The notes below the pieces were generated by a model. It did no database searches and was not told the DNA's origin. It saw nothing but the letters and a program-made list of their open reading frames with translations. The position numbers and the translations under genes are program-made. This document shows, in pieces, positions 10,762 through 20,110 of a DNA stretch of 64,000 nucleotides. This stretch comes from Pelagomonas calceolata. Its lineage: Eukaryota. Location of the stretch: contig CAKKNE010000001.1 of assembly GCA_918797485.1 (NCBI GenBank), forward strand, positions 5,952,001 to 6,016,000. The letters are read 5' to 3'. Numbering within the stretch: the stretch's first letter is position 1; every line of letters begins with the position of its first letter.

Positions 10762-11457
10762 ATGGCGCACACACCAACACTCTGCGCGCTGTTGATAACC
10801 GCCGCGACAGCGTTGTACCACGGAGCACCACAACGCAGTAGTACACGAAGGCGCGCGGCCGCGGTCGAAGACATCGATCCGTTCGCGGTGCTGGGCCTCG
10901 ACGCCGGCGCTCTCGCGGTGCTGGACACTGCGGCCCGTGCCAAAGAGGTACGACGGGCGTACCGCAAGGCCGCGCTCGACAGCCATCCGGACACGTCCGC
11001 GCTGGACCGCGCCGACCGGTTCTCGCTCGTGCAGCGGGCGGCAGACCTGCTGCGACAGGACGACGTGCTGGACCGCCTCGTGGCCGGGGGCGCCGCCGGC
11101 GCACGGAAAGCTCAGGATGACAAGCTATCGCGGCTCTGGCGCGACGAGGTCCGCGAGTGGAGCGTCGAGCGGCTGTCGGAGCACCTCCGGGCGAAGGGCC
11201 TCTCCGACGACGTTATTGACGCATTCGCGGAGGAGGAGGTTGACGGTCGGGAGGTCGTGGGTCTCGAGATGTGGGGCGGCGCGGACACGGACGGCTACAT
11301 CTGGTCGTTGCGCTGGCTTGGCACGGAGGAAGAGGCCGTCGCGGCGCGCACCGAGGAGGTCCTCCGCGACCTCATTCGACGGGACGTCAGCAGCAACTTT
11401 AAGCACGACGCCTGGGCGCAGCAGGCGAACGCGCAAGGGGGGAACTGGAAAGTCTAA
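10762..11457 (+). CDS. J-domain protein with signal peptide and SAM-like domain
   Basis: DPFAVLGL...VRRAYRKAALDSHPD; WSVERLSEHL...FAEEEVDG (SAM-like). Confidence 0.8.
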   Translation: MAHTPTLCALLITAATALYHGAPQRSSTRRRAAAVEDIDPFAVLGLDAGALAVLDTAARAKEVRRAYRKAALDSHPDTSALDRADRFSLVQRAADLLRQDDVLDRLVAGGAAGARKAQDDKLSRLWRDEVREWSVERLSEHLRAKGLSDDVIDAFAEEEVDGREVVGLEMWGGADTDGYIWSLRWLGTEEEAVAARTEEVLRDLIRRDVSSNFKHDAWAQQANAQGGNWKV

Positions 11458-11484
11458 ATGTAACATTGTATGATTCACAAAAAG

Positions 11485-12837
11485 TTAGGACCCTGACGAC
11501 GAGGAGCAAGCCACGTCGTCGGCGAGCCCCGCCAGCTCAGCAGCCAAACAAGCCGCCGCGCGGACGCGCGCGCCATCGAGCGCCGCGCCGCGCAGATCTA
11601 ACAAAGCAGCGAACGCGCCGCCGCCGCCCGCAGCGACGCCCTCGACGTGGAGCGAGCAGTGCGCGTCGCGGCCCCGGTTCGCGGGCTCGACGGCGCACGC
11701 GACGGCCCCCTCGAACGCCGGCCCGCCCGTCGCGCGCGCGACCGCGTCCAGGACCGCGCGCGCGCGGCCGTCGGCGCGCCAGACGGGCGCCGCGCCCGCG
11801 CCGGCGCCGCGCCGCGCCGACGCGGCGCACAAATCCGCGACGCTCGCGCCCAGGAGTCTTTTCAGAAGCGGCCCCGGGACCGTCGCCTCGCACGCGATCT
11901 GCGAGGTTTGGGACGACGGCGGCGACACGGCCGCGACGCGCGCGTTCTTCGGGAGGTTCAGCCTCCGGACGGCGTCGACGGCCCGCGCCGCGTCGGCGCA
12001 GGCCACGCGCGCGTAGCAGCACCGCCCGATCCGCGTCGCGTCGACGATCGCGACGGGGTCGGCGCCCGGGGCCTTGCGCGCGAGCGCCGCTCTTGCTAAA
12101 GCGGCGTCGGTCAGGCTTTGGGCCGTCGCCAGCGTGGGACAGGCGACGCAGACGCCGATCTCGACCTCCCGGATCTTGCCGGCCGCTGTTATACATCCGC
12201 CGGCCAGCCGCAGGACGCGCGCGCCCCGGCCGACGAGGCGCGCTATATCACTATAGTCGGCGAGCGGCACGAGCGTTTCTCTCCCATCAACGCTTATGGG
12301 TCCCACGACGTCCACCTTTAGTGAACGCGAACGCGCGAGCACCGCCGCGACGCGCTCCGCATCATCAGCATTCCTTAATGCGTCCTGCACGGGCTCCTCT
12401 TCATTAGTAGAGAGCGCCCGCGGCGTCGTCTGCGACGGCGTGTGCGTCATCGCACCAGTGTCCTCGACGATGCTCCCGAGCGTCCGAGGTAATTCCTCCA
12501 CATTTGTAGGTTCCCACGGTGTGTGTTCGAACTCCATCAATAGGTCTTCATCCTTGTCGACGAAACTGATCCCAAAAAAACCGAAGAAGTAGGCCATGCA
12601 GCACGACCAAATGGTCAACATCGGTAGTAACGACGTCGCGTCCCGTTGGAGTTTCGGCGCGAAGGTCGTCTGTTGTACATGATAGCATACAGAACCGAGG
12701 AAGATGGCCATGATCAAATAATTCATCCATTCCAGCAGCCACCACTTGGGCTCGGGCGGGTCGCTCGCCTCGGAGCAGAGGAGGGAGTCGCGCGAGTCCG
12801 TGCGGGGTGGTGGCGCGCGGGGCGGGAGGTCGGCCAT
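11485..12837 (-). CDS. HMG-CoA reductase class I-derived protein lacking catalytic motifs, with two N-terminal TM segments
   Basis: Collinear matches to plant HMGR: YFFGFFGISFV~YLLGFFGIDFV, VVGPISVDGRETLVPLA~IAGPLLLDG.EY.VPMA, IACEATVPGPLLKRLLGASVADL~VVCEAVIRGEIVNKVLKTSVAAL, VEPANRGRDAHCSL~MEAINDGKDIHISV, AACLAAEL~GAVLAGEL. Confidence 0.75.
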   Translation of the reverse strand: MADLPPRAPPPRTDSRDSLLCSEASDPPEPKWWLLEWMNYLIMAIFLGSVCYHVQQTTFAPKLQRDATSLLPMLTIWSCCMAYFFGFFGISFVDKDEDLLMEFEHTPWEPTNVEELPRTLGSIVEDTGAMTHTPSQTTPRALSTNEEEPVQDALRNADDAERVAAVLARSRSLKVDVVGPISVDGRETLVPLADYSDIARLVGRGARVLRLAGGCITAAGKIREVEIGVCVACPTLATAQSLTDAALARAALARKAPGADPVAIVDATRIGRCCYARVACADAARAVDAVRRLNLPKNARVAAVSPPSSQTSQIACEATVPGPLLKRLLGASVADLCAASARRGAGAGAAPVWRADGRARAVLDAVARATGGPAFEGAVACAVEPANRGRDAHCSLHVEGVAAGGGGAFAALLDLRGAALDGARVRAAACLAAELAGLADDVACSSSSGS

Positions 12838-13333
12838 CGTGGCTTGCGTCGTCGTCGTCGCGCGGCGCCCCGCAAGCAGTTCAGAGTGGCAGCCCTTGTT
12901 TTTGGTTGCTAGGTCAAATTTTACGGGCCACGAAGCTCGGAGCAGCTGTGTAGCGGGCCTAGGGCCGACGGTAGCGTGTCAGGTCCTGTTGCGGAACGCC
13001 AGAGGACTGGATCCGTGGCGTAACGCGCCGCGTTTCGAGCATGCTCTTTGATAAACACACTAGACTCAAATCATTGGAGCCGTGTGATGGAGCACTTCCG
13101 GACAGAGTCACGTGTCAATGAAGACTGAATTTTACGCTAGCACTAGGGGTAGCTGGGCTTCGAGACGCCGGCGCCGGCGTCGTCCACTCGGCCAGGGCAT
13201 CACGACGCCGCAGCAGCGCTGCCCAAGCGCTGCAGGCAGCCCACCACGATAATCCGAAGCGACTCTCGATCGGTGCGCGCTCAATTGGACCAGGAAGTGG
13301 TGCTGTGGGGGGCAGCCTAAAAGAGTGAAAAAA

Positions 13334-14725
13334 ATGCTACAAATCGCGGTGCTGCTCCTCGGCCACGCCCATGCCGCACCGCACGCGCACCCGCCGCGCC
13401 ACTGGTACGAGGACAATTTTAGGCCGGCGCCCTGGCGCTGCGACGAGCCGCGGTCGCGCGCGAACGTGAATTTGTGCTTTCCCTTCGATGATTCATTACG
13501 AGACGATGGAAGTGAAGATGTAAGGTTGTACAACATGGCGCCGGAAAGCATACCGACGAACCGGACGTGCTGCGGCTTGCCTCCCGTACAATGTCCCGCG
13601 GACAAGGAGTACCCGCTCAAGTGCTTACTGGAAAAGATCCCCTTCTCGAAACCGCCGGCCTGCGTCAAGCGCCAGTTCCAGTGCTGCTTGGCGTTTTGGA
13701 ACGCGAAGTTCGGCCTCGAAGATACCTACCGTAAAGCCCCCCCACATGTGCGGTGCAAAGGTAGATTGTGGGACGTGTTTGACATCCGAGCCGACGACGT
13801 CATTTTTGATCAAAGATCATTAATGAAGCTCGCGGCGGCCTTCTACCCCAAGATCCTCGTGCCGTACGAGGACGAGATGATGGCCCCCGCGGACCGCGTG
13901 CATCCCGTGTGGCGCGAGTATGTGGTCTTGGCGAAGCTGGGCTTCGGGTGGATCAATGTTGAAAGTGCGAAGCCCGACGCCCTGATCCTCGCCCAGAATC
14001 TCTTGAGGAACCCCCAGCGGCCGACGCACCCGGGCGGGGCCTACTCGTTGCCAAGAGGCGTGAAAGACTTAAGGCCGTGGCGGGACCACTGCCTCGACAA
14101 CGTGAATAGCGTCCACGTGCGGTGCGTGGGCATGAAATTGCATCGGGACCGCGTCAAGAAGTTCCGCGCTTTGATGCGGCACGGCATTTGCCCCGCGACG
14201 GGCAACGACGCGCACACGGGCAAGGTCGATCATGGGTATTACGTCCAGGCCATGAGCGACGCGACCTACGTGCCGTCGCCGCCGGGCGTCGGCTTCGTCA
14301 ATTACAGGGACACGGAGGCGATCGTCGCCGGCGCCGTGCCCATCCTAGAACGGCCGCGGTGGCCGCCCCAGCGCGGGCCCTTCATGGATTTGCACGACGA
14401 GCTGCCCCATTTATTAATCAAGAACGACACGGCCTGGGCCTCAGTAAGAAACGACCACCTCCCTTCACATCGCTTCGGCGGCGACGCGCGCAAGTATTAC
14501 CTGCCCTACTGGCTCTACCACATCTATGATCGATTGATAAAGGCCGGCGTCTCCGGTACGGTCTGGGAGCCGCCCGCCGAAGATGGGAAAGTGCGGTCCT
14601 TCTTCCCCTTCATGCAGGGGAGCAAAATTAGCTGTCGCTGGGCCGTCCCCGCGAAGGACGAGCGCTGCCACGGCGGCTGCGACAGCCGGAAGCCGCTGAA
14701 GACGTGGGCGCAGCCCTCGTCATAA
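13334..14725 (+). CDS. Secreted exostosin/GT47-like glycosyltransferase
   Basis: Signal peptide; YVPSPPGVG...YRDTEAIVAGAVPI; KYYLPYW. Confidence 0.65.
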   Translation: MLQIAVLLLGHAHAAPHAHPPRHWYEDNFRPAPWRCDEPRSRANVNLCFPFDDSLRDDGSEDVRLYNMAPESIPTNRTCCGLPPVQCPADKEYPLKCLLEKIPFSKPPACVKRQFQCCLAFWNAKFGLEDTYRKAPPHVRCKGRLWDVFDIRADDVIFDQRSLMKLAAAFYPKILVPYEDEMMAPADRVHPVWREYVVLAKLGFGWINVESAKPDALILAQNLLRNPQRPTHPGGAYSLPRGVKDLRPWRDHCLDNVNSVHVRCVGMKLHRDRVKKFRALMRHGICPATGNDAHTGKVDHGYYVQAMSDATYVPSPPGVGFVNYRDTEAIVAGAVPILERPRWPPQRGPFMDLHDELPHLLIKNDTAWASVRNDHLPSHRFGGDARKYYLPYWLYHIYDRLIKAGVSGTVWEPPAEDGKVRSFFPFMQGSKISCRWAVPAKDERCHGGCDSRKPLKTWAQPSS

Positions 14726-14770
14726 TGTTGTTTGTTTCAGAAACTATTAGAGGCTCCCCGAACAACACAC

Positions 14771-15376
14771 CTAGGCGAACGGGTTGAAGTTGAGCGCGAG
14801 GAGCTGCTCCTTGAAGGTCATGCCCGTCTGGCCCTCGGCGAGCATGTTGCCCGCGACGCCGAGCATCGCGAGGCGGCCGTTGGCCATCTCGGCGTTCAGC
14901 TTCTGCAGCTTGTCCTCGCCCTGCCACTTCTTGCCCCAGAAGCCGATGCCGTAGTCGCCCGAGTAGTTCGACGCGGGCCACCACGCGAGCTCGATGAGGC
15001 CCGTGAGGAGGAAGATCTGGAGGATGCCCGCCGCCGGGATCTTCGAGAAGCCGTAGATGCCGTCGGGGATGTCCGAGAACTTGACGCCCTGGCTCTTCGA
15101 GATGTAGCCCGGGAACTCGATGTCGGCGTTGTGCACGAGGATGCCGACGAACGCCATCATGGAGATGCGGCCGTGCTTGCGCTCGACGGCGCGGCGGCGC
15201 GCGAAGGACTCGGGCTGGTCCTCGCAGTAGTTGAGCGGGTCGAAGAAGCCCGCCGGCGCCTGCACGCCGACCTCGAACTCCTCGACGGCGCGCAGCGCCG
15301 TGGAGGCCGCCGGGGCCACCGGCGCGACGAACGCCGCGGCGCTGGAGAGCGCGAGGGCGGCGATGAGTCGCTGCAT
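14771..15376 (-). CDS. Fucoxanthin-chlorophyll a/c light-harvesting protein
   Basis: Signal peptide plus AAAFVAP plastid motif; GFFDPL, VERKHGRISM, AEMANGRLAM. Confidence 0.95.
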   Translation of the reverse strand: MQRLIAALALSSAAAFVAPVAPAASTALRAVEEFEVGVQAPAGFFDPLNYCEDQPESFARRRAVERKHGRISMMAFVGILVHNADIEFPGYISKSQGVKFSDIPDGIYGFSKIPAAGILQIFLLTGLIELAWWPASNYSGDYGIGFWGKKWQGEDKLQKLNAEMANGRLAMLGVAGNMLAEGQTGMTFKEQLLALNFNPFA

Positions 15377-16218
15377 CGTGTCTGCGTGCGGGGAGGGGGG
15401 GCGGTCGGCGGTTGCGCGATGGCGTCGGGAGTTCTTTTGGGTCCGGTGTGTCCTGGGGGGCGCGCGCGGCCAGCTGAGCACCGCTGCTGTGTCCTTGGGA
15501 CCGCGGCGACCATGTCAGGCCGCCGGCGTGTCCTGAGAAGCACGGCCAGCTAGGCCCAGCCACAACTTCCGCGCGCCGGCCCGCCGTGACATCGAGCGCG
15601 CCAGGAATGTTGGGCAGGAATCGATGCCGCAGCGTGCCAGAGCGGGCGACGGCAATTGCTGCGCGCCTCCGCGTCGACGATCAGAAGCCCGCGCGGCCGG
15701 CGGCGGCTGTGGTGGCATTCACAGCGATTTTGGTGCTGCTACGCGACCACAGGGCCTCAGGCGGAGCTATCTTCTCGTGAGCACTTCACGCGATCTCAAA
15801 GCTGTCAGCCATGGGCTCCAGACACCGTTGTTGGCTGCAAAAGACGCTGAAAAACACCGATATCTCGCACAATAGACTGCTACAATGGGATGATCGCGCA
15901 GGCCGTCGCTTCGTGATCGTGAGGGTTCCACGCGTCTTCTGATGGTTCTGTTGTGCCGCTCGCGGGAAAAAGAGCGGTCCTTGATATCGCACGGGTATTT
16001 CAAGTGACGGGTTTGTCAAAAGTCCGGGGGCCCCGCCATCCTAATTACGCCTTAGCTGCCGACGCTGGTCGACGCGTAGCGTTTCCAAACGCACCGTTGT
16101 TGAGGTGTTCGGAAGCTGCCGCGATCCGAAGGCTATCCGTTCTCGCTGTGCCGAGGACAGCTCGAAACCGCGCGCGCGCCGATTCGCGCCCCGTCGTAGC
16201 GGTCCCCAACAACAAAAA

Positions 16219-17463
16219 ATGTTCGACGACGACGTCTCCGACGAGGACATCAGCGCCGAGGCGCTGGCGGCCATGTTCCGGCGGAGCCGCGAGAAGGACC
16301 GCGCGGCTTTGGATGATTTCGTGGCCACGGAGCGGTCCATGCGGAGAGACGACAGCGAGGGCGCGGCGCGCGACCAGGCCGTCGTGGGCATGTACGCGGC
16401 GCAGCGCCAGCGCCAGCGGAGCGCGCCCGACCAGGTCGCGCGGCCCGCGGCGCGCCGCGTGAGGAGGGCGCCGCCCCGGGCCCAACCCCGGCGGTCGCCT
16501 CCTCGATTAGGGAGAGGCGACGACGCCGCCACTGTAAGTGTCGTGCCGCCGAAGGACGAGGCGACGAAGGAACTCGAGGACCGATTGGAAAGGTGCCGCG
16601 CGGACCTAGCTAGAGGAAGGGAGACGCAGCGGCGGCTCGAGAGGAGTTTAGCGGACGCGGCGAGGAGAGCTGCGGACGTCGAGGCGCGCCAGGACGCCGA
16701 GGACGCGGCGCTCGACGCCTGGGCGGCGCAGCAGCGAAGTGCGGTCGCGAAGGAACGTAAAGGAGTGGCGAGAGAAAGGCGGCGGCCCGACGACGACGCC
16801 GTGAACGGGGACTACTCGTCGCGAGACGCGGAGATCGAGGCGTTGAAGGCAACTGTGGCTCGCTTGCAGTTGCAAGGTGATAAGCGGCGCCAGAAGTTCT
16901 TGCAACGGGAGCACCAGCTCCAGACGGCCTACGAGGCGCAGAAGCGGGAGGTCGACGACCTGACGGCGCGCGTCCGCGACCAGGAGGCCCTCGCGCTCGC
17001 TCCATCAAAGCCTGTTCAAAAGAAGCGCCCGGCGGTGCGCGAGGCCCAGACGCCCGTCGCCGACAAAGATGCCGAGCCGCCCTGGCGGCCCGTGCGGGGC
17101 CGCGAGGGGCTCCGCGAGCGGCGGTTGGGGGACGGGAGCCGGGAAGTAGCTTATAGGAATGGGACCACGAAGCGCGTCGACGCGGACGGGACGTGCGTCG
17201 TGCGCTTCGCGAACGGCGACGTGAAGACCTCGGAGCCGAGCGGCGCGACGATCTATTATTATGCTGCGGCGGACACGACGCACACGACGGACCCGCGGCG
17301 CCGCGTCGAGGTCTTCGAGTTTCCCAACGGCCAGGTCGAGACGCACTCCGCCGACGGCGCGAAGGACATCCGCTTCCCCGACGGCACCACAAAAACAGTC
17401 CGCGCGGACGGCTCGACGTCGACGCGGTTCCCGGACGGGGTCGTCGTCGAGGGGGAGGCGTAG
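16219..17463 (+). CDS. SAS-4/CPAP-like centriolar protein (Tcp10 C-terminal domain)
   Basis: Coiled coil followed by G-box repeats: YRNGTTK, FANGDVK, YYYAAADTTHTT, FPNGQVE, FPDGTTK. Confidence 0.85.
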   Translation: MFDDDVSDEDISAEALAAMFRRSREKDRAALDDFVATERSMRRDDSEGAARDQAVVGMYAAQRQRQRSAPDQVARPAARRVRRAPPRAQPRRSPPRLGRGDDAATVSVVPPKDEATKELEDRLERCRADLARGRETQRRLERSLADAARRAADVEARQDAEDAALDAWAAQQRSAVAKERKGVARERRRPDDDAVNGDYSSRDAEIEALKATVARLQLQGDKRRQKFLQREHQLQTAYEAQKREVDDLTARVRDQEALALAPSKPVQKKRPAVREAQTPVADKDAEPPWRPVRGREGLRERRLGDGSREVAYRNGTTKRVDADGTCVVRFANGDVKTSEPSGATIYYYAAADTTHTTDPRRRVEVFEFPNGQVETHSADGAKDIRFPDGTTKTVRADGSTSTRFPDGVVVEGEA

Positions 17464-17472
17464 AATTTTTAC

Positions 17473-17790
17473 TTAGGCCTTGAAATTGGCGAGTAGCTGG
17501 CGTGCACGTTCTAGGGAACCACGGGCATCTTTCGCACGCGGGTGCCCGCTACCGAGCACGCGCCGCGTTCTCCGATCGACGTCCTCGAGAATCGCCACGG
17601 CCTCTTTAACATCACGTTCAGTGGCGTTGGTGTCCTCCTTGAGGCATTTGGCCAGGAGGAGACGAAGCGAGATTGTGCTCATGTGATCGGGTCCCAGTTG
17701 ACGCATGTTGGGGATCTGCTCTCGCAACAATGCTTTGGCCTCGGCGAAGTGTCCTGACTTTCCAAGCGCGTTGACTAAGTTTTGGGCCGC
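17473..17790 (-). pseudogene. 5'-truncated TPR-like fragment (RRVLGxxHP type)
   Basis: AAQNLVNALGKSGHFAEAKALLRE...RRVLGSGHP...; in-frame TAG at 17793-17791 and no upstream start. Confidence 0.6.
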
Positions 17791-18335
17791 CTACGCGACA
17801 TCTTTTTGACAAACTCGACAGGGCGGTCGAGGCCGCAGAGTCGAAAGGACCTTGGGCGTATCTGAAGTTGTTCGTACCGGACAAATATACTGGATTTGAG
17901 GATTACCACGCCGTACCGATAGCGACCGGTGGACTGGCGCTCGGCCTCGCCACCGCGTTCGCCTCGCGATCAATAATTCTCGGCGCTGGCGTCGGGGCGC
18001 TCGCCGTGGCGTTTGTCGTGGATATTACTCGACCTTGCTGGGTTCGACTGTATAACGTGATAAGGCCCGCACCGCGCCTCGTCGGTGTGCCCGTCGCGGC
18101 CTGCAGCCAAGCGCACGTCTTCCCGGCGGCGTGGGCGACGCGGCTCGCGGACTATCTCTGCAGGCACACGGACGTCCCGAAGGATATCGCGACGCACCGC
18201 CTGGCACGCGCTGATGGATTGGGCGTGCACCTCGTCCAGCCGCTATTGTTCCAACACGTCGGCACGTACTCCGTGATTCTACACCACGAGAAGAATCCCG
18301 CGAACGTCGTGTCGGCGGGGTTTTCCTTGGACTAA
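17787..18335 (+). pseudogene. 5'-truncated PGAP4-like glycosyltransferase fragment
   Basis: PTRHLFDKL...WAYLKLFVP, TM segment, ACSQAHVFP, VQPLLFQHVG; in-frame TGA at 17772 and no ATG. Confidence 0.5.
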
Positions 18336-18438
18336 CTCGCGGCCACTCCTAGCAGACGAGTAAAGTAGCCCTGTGATAGAACGCGGCAATCACTCAGGCT
18401 CAGGCTTCGGCCAGGAAGCCAGGTGGCCGTGTTCGCGA

Positions 18439-18461
18439 GCTAGCGGCGTGTAAGACACTAG
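18439..18461 (+). promoter_or_regulatory. Recurrent upstream motif, copy 2
   Basis: GCTAGCGGCGTGTAAGACACTAG about 195 bp before ATG 18655. Confidence 0.65.
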
Positions 18462-18654
18462 AAAACACATTTTTTTTCAGTCGTCGACGCCGCGAAAGCG
18501 ACGTGGTGCACGGATTGCATCTAGCACTGCGCGCACGAGTCACGACTGTATCGCTCGTCTACAGAGCAGCACCGCTGCTCGCAACAGCACTCACTACCAC
18601 TGCATCGCTCACACAGCAGCAAAAAAGCCGCGGACGCCGCAGCAGCGAGCAAAG

Positions 18655-19968
18655 ATGGCCCACATGGAGTCCATTTATAAGAGAGAGCAGGCCGCCGAGT
18701 TATGTAAGAGAGGCGACCTGCTGGCGAGCCGCGGCCACCTCCACGAGGCCATGGAGTGCGTCGGTGAGGGTCTAGCACTACATCCAGCATCCAAAGATCT
18801 GAAGGAGTTACGAGATCGGCTCACACCACTCCTCGACCGACTAGAGGAAGAATTAGAAAAAGCGGCAAGACGCGCGGCAAAAAGACGACAACTGAAAGAG
18901 AAAAAGAAGACCGACATGAAGCTGCAGGACGCGGCGTTAGTGCTAGGTGTCGCCGCCGACTGTCGCGACGAAGCGCAACTCAAGAAGGCCTACAAGAAGA
19001 TGAGTCTGAAGCACCATCCTGACCGGAACCGGGGCGACCCGTCCGCGACGCAACGATTTCAGAGAGTCCACGACGCCTACGAGTCCTTCATGGTCGCCTT
19101 GCCGGAGGACGGTGGTGAGGAGGTTGATCCCTCGGATAAGTCCCGCTACGATCCGGTAGCAGCTATAGCCGCGTTCAAGGCTCACCTCGAGGCCAAGGAG
19201 ATTAACTCGTGGGAGAATTTTAACGATGTCTACCGGAGGTTGCAGCGGGACCCCGAGGTTGTAGGTGTGCGGACGCAGGGTGAACGGAAACAAGCGTTCG
19301 CCGAGTATACGACGAAAAGACTAGCATATGAGAAGAAGCAGGAAAAAGAAGCCGAGCGCGTGGAGCAGGCGCGGAAGAGGGGCGTGTTTCTTGAGTTATT
19401 AGCGTCCAGTGATTTCCAGGGCCGGGCCTTCGTCTCGTCATCAAGCGAGTGGCGCACTTGTGGACCGCGGCTCCAGGAGCACTGCCGCGCGCATAAAGAC
19501 GAGCGGTGGTTGTTATTGGATGCGGAGGATCGGCAACGGGCCTTCAACGACTTCGTGGAACAGTTGAAAGATGCGGAGACTGCTCACAAAGAAGAGAAGA
19601 GGAAGAAGCGCTGCGACGCCTTCCGAACGCTGTTGGACGAGGAAGTAAGTGAGGCGTCGGCCGAAGCCTATGCTGATCTCAAGTGGTCCGCCGTCGATGG
19701 TATTATAAGGCCGAAGAACGATAGTAGATACAAGGACCTCTCGTCGGACTCTAGACGGCGCACGTTTTTAGATTGGAGGGATGAAAAAATCGCGGCGCTG
19801 GGCGGCGACCCGCCTCCCCGTGAAAAGTCGCGCAGCCGCAGCCGCGAGCGGTCTCGAAGGGATCGCAGGGATCGGTCTCGGCGGAGTCGGTCGCGGGACC
19901 GCTCGCGGCGCGACGACCGCTCGCGGCGGGACCGGTCCCGGGACCGGTCCCGCCGGGACCGGCGGTGA
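18655..19968 (+). CDS. TPR-like + J domain + FF domains + RS-rich tail protein
   Basis: LKKAYKKMSLKHHPD; FF-like ERKQAFAEY, DRQRAFNDF, RRRTFLDW; C-terminal RS/RD repeats. Confidence 0.8.
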   Translation: MAHMESIYKREQAAELCKRGDLLASRGHLHEAMECVGEGLALHPASKDLKELRDRLTPLLDRLEEELEKAARRAAKRRQLKEKKKTDMKLQDAALVLGVAADCRDEAQLKKAYKKMSLKHHPDRNRGDPSATQRFQRVHDAYESFMVALPEDGGEEVDPSDKSRYDPVAAIAAFKAHLEAKEINSWENFNDVYRRLQRDPEVVGVRTQGERKQAFAEYTTKRLAYEKKQEKEAERVEQARKRGVFLELLASSDFQGRAFVSSSSEWRTCGPRLQEHCRAHKDERWLLLDAEDRQRAFNDFVEQLKDAETAHKEEKRKKRCDAFRTLLDEEVSEASAEAYADLKWSAVDGIIRPKNDSRYKDLSSDSRRRTFLDWRDEKIAALGGDPPPREKSRSRSRERSRRDRRDRSRRSRSRDRSRRDDRSRRDRSRDRSRRDRR

Positions 19969-20110
19969 GTTGTCTGTGCTAAAAAGCGCATCGGGGTCGA
20001 TGGCGCCTAAGTCTATGAGTTAATCTTGATACTACGAGTATTTCGCCGGGCCTACCGTGACCAGATAATCGCGAGAGGACCCCCAGCACGCCATCGCCGC
20101 GAAGACAAGA

